Shown in pieces: positions 15,901-23,784 of a DNA stretch of 64,000 nt. The notes under the pieces were generated by a model. The model saw only the letters and a program-made list of their open reading frames with translations. It was not told the origin of the DNA and searched no databases. The stretch is from NCBI GenBank assembly GCA_047605445.1, contig JASGFP010000002.1, positions 25,483 to 89,482 on the forward strand, given 5' to 3'. The first letter of the stretch is position 1. Each line of letters starts with the position of its first letter. The position numbers were made by a program, and so were the translations under genes. Source of the DNA: Rhodoblastus sp. (GTDB lineage Bacteria > Pseudomonadota > Alphaproteobacteria > Rhizobiales > Beijerinckiaceae).

Positions 15901-17568
15901 GAGCCGCTGCTCGCGCATTTCTGTGAGGAATGGTTCGGCATCACGGAAAAAGGAAAGCATTTCAGGCGGGCCGGCTATCGCTGGGACTGGACGATGGATG
16001 AGCCCGCGAATTATCCGGGCCATTTTCTTTCGCCCTCCCGCTACATTTTCCAGCCGCATCCTGGCCGCAGCGTCGAGCGCTACGGCGCGGCGCACGGCCA
16101 GTCGGTGCGCAGCGCGATGGAGGCGTATCTCACCGCGTTCCGCGACGAGATCACGGCGCAGGTGTCGCGCGCCGTGCTCGACTGCCCCGAAGGCAGGGAC
16201 GACATAGATTTCTGCGCGCAGACGATCGCCGGCGCCATGATGGGCTTCATTCCGACGGTCGAAGGCAATCTGCGCCGCATCCTCAACGAATGGCTGCGCG
16301 ATGGCGTGCTCTGGAAATTGCGCGCACGCTACGCCGGCGCGCCCTCACAGGATTTCACCGCTGCCTGCAACCGGCTGGTGAACGATTTCATTCCCGCCTT
16401 CCAGTTGCGTGCGGTTCCGGAATTGATCTGGCGCACCGCTGTCACGTCCACGTCGATCGGCGCCGGTCCGCACAAGGTCCGCATCAAGCCGGGCGACGTG
16501 ATCGTCGCCGGCGCCGTGTCCGCCACGCAGCAATGTCTGACCGAGGGAAGCGGCGAATATCACCATGCCTTCGGCGGCAACCGGCGTGAGAAGGACCACC
16601 CGACGCATGCCTGTCCGGGCGCCGATCCGGCTGTTGCGCTCATGATCGGGTTCTTCAGCGCGCTGGTCGAATCGCCCCTGCCGTTGCGGCCGGGCCCGGG
16701 ACCGCTGACGATTTCGGCTGACGGCGCTGTGCTTGCGACGCCGGCCGTCCGCAAGCCTGTCGCGGCGCCCCGTCATTTCGTGGCCGCAGCAAGCAGCGAC
16801 GGGACGACGCCAATTCTGGTCATCGGCGATTCCTGGCTTTCGGATACGGCGCCCTACCCTAGCCTGCGCGGCGCGCTGGCCGGGCGCGGCTATGTCGACG
16901 AGTTCGATCAGGATTTCGCCTCGCTGGGCCGCTTCCTGCACGAGATGGCGTCGCCCGGAGCGCTCGATCAGGTCGCGCGCTTCTTCGACAATATCGGGCC
17001 GGGCGAGGCGTCTCCGGCCTGCATCGTGCTCGGCGGGGGTGGCAACGACGTGTGCCAACCCGTCTCGAACGTTCCGCTGACCGCGCTCTACCGCATGACT
17101 CGCGACCGCGGCGGACAAGGCGACGCGCTGATCGAGCAAGAGGTCGGCAAGTTCATCGACGAGGAATTGCATGGCCATCTGGCGACCGTCGTCGGACGGC
17201 TCCAGGAAATGACCGATATCCCGATCGTGGTGCACGCCTACGACCATCCGATTCCGAACGGCAGCGGATTCTGGCTCGGCGGCCCGTGGCTGAAACCGAT
17301 CTTCGATTACAGGTCGATGAACGATCTGCCGACGAATACCGCCGTGATGAAGGCGCTCATCGACCGGCTCAATGGCGCAGTCGCGCGCGTGGCGGCGGCC
17401 AATCCGCAGAAGGTCACGCATGTGAACCTGACCGGCACGCTCGCGAACGACGCGACGCTTTGGTCGAACGAGTTGCATCCCACGCGCGAGGGCTACGCGC
17501 TGCTGGCTGAAAAAATGGCCAAGGCGCTACAGGGGCTCGGCATCGGGCAGCCCGCCGCGCAAACCTGA
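12943..17568 (+). CDS. 1541-aa multidomain fusion: unknown N-terminal module + DyP-type heme peroxidase + P450-like heme-thiolate module + SGNH/GDSL hydrolase
   Basis: Single open frame 12841-17568. DyP motifs: QGGIL, FGFTEGNSEP, GSFLAIRKL, PLHAHIRRTNPR, IARRGMSYG, GLVFMAYNASLGEQFEVIQ, GAYLFTPS. P450-like motifs: AGAMMGFIPTVEG, PELIWR, HHAFGGNRREKDHPTHACPG. SGNH motifs: ILVIGDSW, LGGGGND, NELHPTREGY. Start set at ATG 12943 (GGGGGA upstream); GTG 12841 and ATG 12961 are alternatives. Confidence 0.85.
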   Translation: MRRDLTMKTGGLAGTSDFRVLAKIKSGFVPALDAVTYKTRVKRVLRALHIGRSDSHEHELFRVLSDAVERVGRIHSVGIVVLEPEDKVLLTVTFDGSWEAYVRVIWQKVTRLLDLVFCNTEDYVVGYENSYEKWGEWLKAHQSEAAFLYATPNVTVDDVRYLKMAERVHRRAAADEAQLITTRIRIPSAEDIATKSIFEFRGSVPGDPTSAGFEQKMNVEDAGKAPFRHGVRVLAGIHRLSDVYLPDTHDGDILLRAAHELLPEFVPMVKGATYQLGVQRAKRRFEEAVLWIQGKVDEPPVRQSLPNPIPDAPPLADPANVQGGILTSYPDIDHGCMLLLQFQSAAAVAAFLGALQTTTEADTLAAGAIAANVGFTVEGLRMAGLTDDELRELPEEFVQGMAMRAGILGDVRINHPQRWRLPAANWSEGIDAGEPDDAQAAPRIDLNAVHAIVQLRRRATPESTDEDTPTARAPLMEAMQKLTAAHEGVIPLSLQWMHRLRNANKVVEEHFGFTEGNSEPVLKKTDAGRRYSNQIHLGEMLCGYPNLADSSDFYSGASARMHPLLKDGSFLAIRKLRQDVDAFDTTLQGAVAAVSAQGFNLGREDLMGKILGRWPADHAKSGQPLAIVIGPDPLSNDFHFDKDPNGATCPLHAHIRRTNPRFTQPEGGQRPPRIARRGMSYGPLHNRAETDEGKRKASLAAERGLVFMAYNASLGEQFEVIQSWIAGGNSAGSHSGVSDPLLGLAEPGKKRFYRFEHEGKVVHMPLDGEDKLHVEPRPFVRLEWGAYLFTPSIKALGLLKERAAARDAKPLLPWTAEAGEEKIAELFAYERANGAEAALDAWKAVLEDPDFAADYTSASVWAAIRENHGGVLRTPFGVLVADKDMVRDVFVDRDEALTITGYLPRMHRSFGVLYLGLDPNQEDQAYETWSRACNAAIMAIDPHQAFLGARAAVLDALQTLADQEKADALYDREKRWELTVESRELVEPLLAHFCEEWFGITEKGKHFRRAGYRWDWTMDEPANYPGHFLSPSRYIFQPHPGRSVERYGAAHGQSVRSAMEAYLTAFRDEITAQVSRAVLDCPEGRDDIDFCAQTIAGAMMGFIPTVEGNLRRILNEWLRDGVLWKLRARYAGAPSQDFTAACNRLVNDFIPAFQLRAVPELIWRTAVTSTSIGAGPHKVRIKPGDVIVAGAVSATQQCLTEGSGEYHHAFGGNRREKDHPTHACPGADPAVALMIGFFSALVESPLPLRPGPGPLTISADGAVLATPAVRKPVAAPRHFVAAASSDGTTPILVIGDSWLSDTAPYPSLRGALAGRGYVDEFDQDFASLGRFLHEMASPGALDQVARFFDNIGPGEASPACIVLGGGGNDVCQPVSNVPLTALYRMTRDRGGQGDALIEQEVGKFIDEELHGHLATVVGRLQEMTDIPIVVHAYDHPIPNGSGFWLGGPWLKPIFDYRSMNDLPTNTAVMKALIDRLNGAVARVAAANPQKVTHVNLTGTLANDATLWSNELHPTREGYALLAEKMAKALQGLGIGQPAAQT

Positions 17569-17577
17569 CGAGCGCAC

Positions 17578-20500
17578 TCATCCTGCGGCGGCGAGCCGGT
17601 CTGCGTGCCAGTCCATCCCCATGGCGCGAAGCTGCGCGCGCGCATCGTCTGAGGCGGAAGAGCTTGCGTTCAACGCGGCGGCGGTCGCAGCGTTGAGCGC
17701 CGTCTCGCGCCGTGAGCCGCGCAGGCGCGCCGAAAGAGCAGCGCGATTCATCCAGCGCGCGATGTCGCTCGTACGGCCTTCCCTGGCCGCGATCGAGGCG
17801 AGGGCGCGGCTGATCGCCGCTTCGCCCAGCCGCTCGCCGTTGCGTGCGCGCCGGAGAACATGCGCGGCGTAACGCCTCGCGTTCTCGACATCGCCGATTT
17901 CGGCGCAGGCTTCGACCAGCCAGCTATACTGAACCGACACGAAGAATTTGAAGTCGCGGCCTTCCATCCAGCGGATTGCGTCGTGCAGCAGCCGCAGCGC
18001 ATCCGCATCGCCGGTGCGCCGCCAGCGCGCATAACCCGTCGCAGCGCGCGACGCCGCCAGCAGCAGCAGGCCGCGCATATCCTCGGCGATACGGCCGTTT
18101 TCTATGGCGAGGAGTTCGGCCTCGCGCCATGCGCCACGCCATATCAGAGACACGACCCGCCAATTGCTCATGGAATTGGCGACCGGGTGGCTGGAATCGC
18201 CGAGCAGCAATCGCGCCTGGTCGAAACAGGCGTCGGCGCGGACGAAATCGCCGCGATCCGCGAGAATGCTCGCCTCGCAGGACAGCGCGTAGGCGGAGCC
18301 GATGGCGACGCCGCCGCCGGGGCGCGCCGAGCGCTTTTTGGTGACGACGGCTTCGCCGATCAGCGCCAGCGCTTCGTCGTAGCGCCCGGCGGCTGCGAGG
18401 ATTTGCCCGAGCGTGGCGTCGACCTGCGCGATCAGCCGCGCGTCGCCAGCCTTGCGCGCGAGGTCCGCTGCCTCCCGCGCATGTGCGACGCCTTCCCGGA
18501 ACCGCCCGAACGCGTAGCACATATAGCCGAGCCAATAGGTCGCGCGCGCTTCGGCGTCGAGATCGCCGATCCCGCGCGCCAGTTCGGCGGCGCGTTCGAA
18601 CAGGCTCACGTCGTCGCGCAGCGACAGCGGGTCGAAGATGCTGGCCATGCCGAGCTTGTTGACGACGAGGCACCAGTGCAGATCGCGATCGCGGCCGCGT
18701 TCGGCGAGATTGTCCATCGCATCGAGCGCCGCCTTGTATTGCGTGCGCGCGCGATCCAGCGCGAAAGCGGAGGCGGCCTTGTCGCCGGCCTGTTCCGCGA
18801 AACGCGCGGCGGCGTCCCATTCGCCCGCGCCGAAGCTGTGATAGGCCAGCGCCTCGAACGCGTCATCGGGTTCGGCGCCCGCGCCGCCGGGCGCTTGGGC
18901 CGTCAAAACGCGCCTGTGGAGCGCGCGCCGCGTCGTCAGGCCGATCGATTCGTAGACGGAATCGCGCGTGACGCCGTGCTTGAACCGCAGACCGCCGCTC
19001 GCGGCGTCGATATAGAGGAAATCGGCCTCGGCAAGCGCGCGCAGCGTCGCCTGATCCGGCGCACGGCCACAAGCCGCGATCAGCGAACGATAAGGCGCGA
19101 CATTGCCGACGACCGCGGCCGCACGCACGACGTCGGCCTGATCTTCCGGCAATCGTTGCAATCGCGACGTCACCAGCGCGCCGATCCAGCCGCTGCGGCC
19201 CCGCGAGGCCAGAGCCTGCGACAGCTTCTCGGTCGAGGCGAGATGGCACAATTCCTCGATGTAGAGCGGCACGCCGCCGGCGTAATCGTGAATGCGCGCG
19301 ATCAGGAAGGGATCGGCCTGCGGCAGCCAGCGACGGACGGCGCGCGCCGTTTCCGCGCCATCGAAGGGTCGAAGCTCGACGTGCGGCGCGCCGGCGCCCA
19401 GATCAGCGCCTTCATGCCGCGCGCGGCTGGTCAGAAGGACACGCAGGCGAACATCGGCCTGAAGCAGCGCGGACACCAGCCGGCGCGTGGCGTCATCGGC
19501 CCATTGCCAGTCGTCGACGACCAGGGTTGCGCGCCGCTCGCCGGCGAGCGCCAGAACGAAGGCGCAGAGATCGTCGACCGCTCGGGTCGCTGCTTCGGCC
19601 GGCCGAATGTCGGGGCTCGTCACGAGGAGGCCGCGAATGGAGTCGACGCGCGGCCCCAGCGCAGGGCGCCAGGGTTCGAGCGCCGCGCGCGCGAGACCGA
19701 TCGCTTCCTCCGTCGACTGGCCGTCGCGCAGCCCGATGAAGCCGCGCATCATTTGCAGGAAAGGCTGCAGGATGGCGGCGCCGAGATAGTTCTCGCAGCC
19801 GCCGCGCAGGACGACCCCCTCCTCGCCGTCCAGCGAGGCGAGCACTTCTTCCGCCAATCGCGTCTTGCCGACCCCAGCACCGCCGAGGATCACCATCGCG
19901 CGCGGCGCAGGATCAGGATCGGTCACGAAATCGCGCAGCCGGCGAACGATGTCGCCGCGCCCGATGAAAGGCGTCAATCCGCGGCTCGCCGTCGATTCGA
20001 ATCGATTTGCAGCGGCGCTGCGGCCGAGCACGGTATGCACTGTCAGGTCGGGCCGGCCGCCGGCCTCCGGCGGCGCGCCATGCGTGAAGAAATGAGCGTT
20101 CGGACCGAGCGCGTCGCCGCTGGCCAGAATCTCCCCGGCCTGGGCGCGCTGCGACAGGCGCGCGGCGACATTCGGCACATCGCCGACCAGATCGAAAACG
20201 CCCTTTTCGATGTCGCCCGCGGCAATGAGCGCCATTCCGGCGTGGATGCCGGAATGCATCTGCAAAGGCGTCAGGCGCGGCGGCAGGCCTATCGGACGAA
20301 GCGCTGAAACCCGCTCGTGTATTTCCAGCGCCGCATCCGCCGCGCGGCGGCCGTCGTCCTCCCCGGGCTCCGGATAGCCGAAGATGATCGTCGCGCCGTC
20401 GCCCTGCATGCGTGCGATATGACCGCCGCGACTGACAGCCGCCGTCCGGCAAATCTCGCGAAGCTCATGAAGGAGAACCGAAAATTCCTCAGTCTCCATG

Positions 20501-20598
20501 TCGCGCCCAAGCGTCGTCGAGCCGACGAGATCCGTGAAAAGAATCGTCAGGCGACGCCGCACGGGTGTATTCGGCGCTGAGGGGGCGTGGGGGCTCAT
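17578..20598 (-). CDS. class III adenylate/guanylate cyclase domain + P-loop STAND/AAA ATPase + TPR-like repeats
   Basis: 1006 aa. Cyclase motifs at the N-terminus: LTILFTDLVGST, MQGDGATIIFG, GDVPNVAARL. Walker A at ILGGAGVGKTRLAEE. The C-terminal half is a long Ala/Leu/Arg-rich helical repeat region. No HTH is recognisable. Confidence 0.85.
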   Translation of the reverse strand: MSPHAPSAPNTPVRRRLTILFTDLVGSTTLGRDMETEEFSVLLHELREICRTAAVSRGGHIARMQGDGATIIFGYPEPGEDDGRRAADAALEIHERVSALRPIGLPPRLTPLQMHSGIHAGMALIAAGDIEKGVFDLVGDVPNVAARLSQRAQAGEILASGDALGPNAHFFTHGAPPEAGGRPDLTVHTVLGRSAAANRFESTASRGLTPFIGRGDIVRRLRDFVTDPDPAPRAMVILGGAGVGKTRLAEEVLASLDGEEGVVLRGGCENYLGAAILQPFLQMMRGFIGLRDGQSTEEAIGLARAALEPWRPALGPRVDSIRGLLVTSPDIRPAEAATRAVDDLCAFVLALAGERRATLVVDDWQWADDATRRLVSALLQADVRLRVLLTSRARHEGADLGAGAPHVELRPFDGAETARAVRRWLPQADPFLIARIHDYAGGVPLYIEELCHLASTEKLSQALASRGRSGWIGALVTSRLQRLPEDQADVVRAAAVVGNVAPYRSLIAACGRAPDQATLRALAEADFLYIDAASGGLRFKHGVTRDSVYESIGLTTRRALHRRVLTAQAPGGAGAEPDDAFEALAYHSFGAGEWDAAARFAEQAGDKAASAFALDRARTQYKAALDAMDNLAERGRDRDLHWCLVVNKLGMASIFDPLSLRDDVSLFERAAELARGIGDLDAEARATYWLGYMCYAFGRFREGVAHAREAADLARKAGDARLIAQVDATLGQILAAAGRYDEALALIGEAVVTKKRSARPGGGVAIGSAYALSCEASILADRGDFVRADACFDQARLLLGDSSHPVANSMSNWRVVSLIWRGAWREAELLAIENGRIAEDMRGLLLLAASRAATGYARWRRTGDADALRLLHDAIRWMEGRDFKFFVSVQYSWLVEACAEIGDVENARRYAAHVLRRARNGERLGEAAISRALASIAAREGRTSDIARWMNRAALSARLRGSRRETALNAATAAALNASSSASDDARAQLRAMGMDWHADRLAAAG

Positions 20599-20926
20599 AT
20601 CGTTTGGATCAACTCAGTGGGTCGGACTTTTCATCCCGTCTCCTTCGGAGCCGGCGGCGCGCCGCATCCGTCGAATGCCAATGCTACGCGGCAATTCATC
20701 GGATACCTATCCCTGCCGCAGGAATTACTATAGCGAAAGCGCGCGCTGTTTAGACCACGATCGCGCGTCCGAGCGGGGTCGGCGCCCCGCCGGTTCGTCG
20801 GGCCGTCCGATCCGGAAAATTGACGGCGCCGCCATCATCGTCGTCTATTTCGCCAAACTCACTCTGTCCGCACGCCGCCGCCCGTTCGCCAGCCGGCGCG
20901 CATTCGACCCAACGGGCCGCAGCGCA

Positions 20927-21913
20927 ATGATCGACCGATCGCAACGGATTCTTGTCACCGGCGGACGCGGCTTCATCGGCTCGGCGCTTGTCGCCGCGCT
21001 CGCCCAGGCCGGATTTGCGGTGCGCGCGGGCGTGCGTCGGCCGGCTCTGGCTTTGGATGTCGCCGCCGATCTCGACGACGCTGCGCAGACGCGCGCGGCT
21101 GTCGACGGCGCGGCGCTCGTCGTTCACACGGCCTATGGCGAGCCCGGCGCAATGGCGCGGCAATGCGCCGGCCTGCTCGCGGCGATGACGCAAGCGGGCG
21201 CCGACAGCCTCGTTTATTTCAGCTCGATCGCCGTCTACGGCGCGCGCGAGGGCGCCGTTTTCGAACACGACGCCGCCGTCGGCCCGCTCGACGCCTATGC
21301 ATCGGGTAAAGTGGCCTGCGAAGGCCTCGTCCATGCATGGGCCGGCGATCCCGCCCACGCCGACCGGCGCGCAATCATCGTGCGGCCAGGCGTCGTCTAC
21401 GGCGCCGGCAGCCGCTACTGGATCGACCGGCTCTCCCAGCGCATACGCGCGGGCATGTGGGGCGATCTCGGCGCTTCTGGCGAGGGAACGGCGCCGCTCA
21501 TCCATATCGACGATCTCGCCGACCTCTCGATCCGCGCCGCGCAGCGCCTGACGGGGCCGGGCGGCGACACGCTCCCGCGCGTCGTCGCGCTCAACGCGGT
21601 CGGGCTCGAGACGCCAAGTTGGAACGTCTATTTTCGGGCTCTGGCTGCGGCTGTCGGCGCGCCGGCCCTGCGCCCGCTCGACCCGGCGATACTCGCGCGG
21701 CAGGCGCCGCTCGCGCTCGCCGCCAAGGCGTGGCGACGACTCGGACTGCCGGGGTTCGAAAGGCAGGCGCTAATCCCGACGGGCGGCGAACTCGCCGTGT
21801 ATGCGCGCAAAGCGAATTACGACACCGGCGCCGCGCGCCAGCTACTCGACTTTTCCCCGCGCGTGACAATGGCCGAAGGTCTGCGCCGCTCGATACATCA
21901 AGCGCAAGGCTAA
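20927..21913 (+). CDS. NAD-dependent epimerase/dehydratase (SDR) family protein
   Basis: Begins MIDRSQRILVTGGRGFIGSAL (Rossmann GxxGxxG) and has a YASGK catalytic motif. Start ATG 20927 inside ORF 20498-21913. Confidence 0.8.
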   Translation: MIDRSQRILVTGGRGFIGSALVAALAQAGFAVRAGVRRPALALDVAADLDDAAQTRAAVDGAALVVHTAYGEPGAMARQCAGLLAAMTQAGADSLVYFSSIAVYGAREGAVFEHDAAVGPLDAYASGKVACEGLVHAWAGDPAHADRRAIIVRPGVVYGAGSRYWIDRLSQRIRAGMWGDLGASGEGTAPLIHIDDLADLSIRAAQRLTGPGGDTLPRVVALNAVGLETPSWNVYFRALAAAVGAPALRPLDPAILARQAPLALAAKAWRRLGLPGFERQALIPTGGELAVYARKANYDTGAARQLLDFSPRVTMAEGLRRSIHQAQG

Positions 21914-22084
21914 CGGGACGGGCCGGCCGACAAGGCGGTTCCGACGGGCGAATGGCGAGACATTTTCCGGCGCGTCAGGCCCGGGCGTCGCAAGCATTCT
22001 CGCATGCGAGCCGGCCGCGGCGCGCATTTGCCGTCGCGCGTGGCGGCAGCTTACATTCGCCGCCCGGCGAAAGAGGCGAGGGAC

Positions 22085-22945
22085 ATGGCGGCGACGGTCG
22101 ATATCGAGAAGCTTGCGGCCTGGAAGGGACGCTCGGAAACCGTCGAGGATCTGGCGACGGCCTACCCGATCGCCGCGCTTTCCGCGACGCTCGACCGCGA
22201 CGATTCCAAGCCGAAGGCCGGCGACATCGTGCCCGATCTCTGGCACTGGCTGTATTTCTTGCCTGTGCATCGCCAATCGGAAATTGGTCCCGATGGCCAT
22301 GCCAAACGCGGCGGCTTTCTTCCGCCCGTCGAACTGCCGCGCCGCATGTGGGCGGGCAGCCGCTTCGATTTTCGTGAACCTCTGCGTATCGGCGACACGA
22401 TCCGGCGCACGTCGACCATCGTCGATGTCACGGCGAAAACCGGAGCGACGGGGCAACTCGTATTCGTGCTGGTGCGGCACGAAATTTCCGGCTCCTCCGG
22501 CGGTTCCTTCACTGAAGAGCACGATATCGTCTATCGCGACATGCCCTCGCCCGGCGAAAGGCCGCCGCCGCCGAAGCCCGCGCCGGACGGCGCCGCATGG
22601 TCGCGCGACATTCATCCCGACGAGGTGTTGCTGTTTCGCTATTCGGCGCTGACCTTCAACGGCCACCGCATTCACTACGACCGCCGCTATGTGACGGAGG
22701 TCGAGGGCTATCCGGGCCTGATCGTGCACGGGCCGCTGATCGCGACCCTGCTGGTCGATCTCGCGCGCCGCAACGATCCACGGAAGCTCGCGTCCTTCCG
22801 CTTCCGCGCGATGAGCCCGCTGTTCGACATCGCGCCTTTTTCCGTGCATGGCGCGCCTGCCGCCGACGGAAAATCGGCAAAGCTCTGGGCGCGCAATGCG
22901 CAGGGCGGCCTCGCGATGGAAGCCGACGTCGGCTTTGCCGGCTGA
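22085..22945 (+). CDS. double hot-dog (N-terminal FAS1-like + MaoC-like) enoyl-/acyl-CoA hydratase
   Basis: 286 aa. The C-terminal half has a MaoC-type pattern (FRYSALTFNGHRIHYD, GYPGLIVHGPL). Start ATG 22085 follows GAGGCGAGGG. Confidence 0.7.
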   Translation: MAATVDIEKLAAWKGRSETVEDLATAYPIAALSATLDRDDSKPKAGDIVPDLWHWLYFLPVHRQSEIGPDGHAKRGGFLPPVELPRRMWAGSRFDFREPLRIGDTIRRTSTIVDVTAKTGATGQLVFVLVRHEISGSSGGSFTEEHDIVYRDMPSPGERPPPPKPAPDGAAWSRDIHPDEVLLFRYSALTFNGHRIHYDRRYVTEVEGYPGLIVHGPLIATLLVDLARRNDPRKLASFRFRAMSPLFDIAPFSVHGAPAADGKSAKLWARNAQGGLAMEADVGFAG

Positions 22946-22955
22946 TATCCGACAC

Positions 22956-23780
22956 ATGGATAACGACATGACCGACCTGCACCCGCTCGATCTCGCGACA
23001 CGACTCGAGCGCGACGGAAATATCCTGCGCGGCGCGACGACGCCGGCCTATGCCAACATGGCCGGGCCGTTCGGCGGCGTGACGGCCGCCGCTCTGCTCA
23101 ACGCCGTGATGATCGACGAGCGGCGCCTTGCCGCTCCGATCGCGCTCACGGTCAATTTCTGCGGCGCCATCGCCGATGGCGCGTTCGAGATTTCGACGCG
23201 GCTCATACGCGGCGGCAAGAACACGCAGCACTGGTCGGTCGAACTCACCCAGAACGGCGCGACCGCCGCGACGGCGAGCATCGTCTGCGGCGTGCGCCGC
23301 CCGACATGGACGCATCTGCCGACCGCCGCGCCCAGGGCGCCTGCCTTCGCCGATGTGAAACCGCCGGATATTCCGCGCCCCATTTCCTGGGTGCAACGCT
23401 ACGACATGCGTTTCATCGACGGCGATCTCGGCAAATTCCCGCGCAGCGATGGATTGTTGCGCCCGGCGCGCTCCCTCGTCTGGCTGCAGGACGCGCCGGC
23501 GCGCCCGCTCGACTTTCTCTCTCTCGCCGCGCTCTCGGACACTTTTCTCGTGCGCATCATGGTGGTGCGCGGCACGTTCCAGCCGATGGCGACGGTGTCG
23601 ATGACGACTTATTTCCACGTGGGCGGCGATGAATTGGCGCGTCTCGGCGCAGCGCCTGTACTGGGCGACGCCAATGCCGACGTGTTCCACGATTGCTTCG
23701 CCGACCAGACCTGCGCATTGTGGAGCGAAGACGGCAGGTTGCTGGCCAACGGCGTGCAGGTCACCTGGTACAAGGAATGA
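22956..23780 (+). CDS. acyl-CoA thioesterase (TesB-like double hot-dog)
   Basis: About 274 aa. N-terminal NMAGPFGGVTAAALL resembles the thioesterase II family. It lies 10 nt after the hydratase gene and 4 nt before the dehydratase gene. ATG 22968 is an alternative start. Confidence 0.65.
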   Translation: MDNDMTDLHPLDLATRLERDGNILRGATTPAYANMAGPFGGVTAAALLNAVMIDERRLAAPIALTVNFCGAIADGAFEISTRLIRGGKNTQHWSVELTQNGATAATASIVCGVRRPTWTHLPTAAPRAPAFADVKPPDIPRPISWVQRYDMRFIDGDLGKFPRSDGLLRPARSLVWLQDAPARPLDFLSLAALSDTFLVRIMVVRGTFQPMATVSMTTYFHVGGDELARLGAAPVLGDANADVFHDCFADQTCALWSEDGRLLANGVQVTWYKE

Positions 23781-23784
23781 CGCC

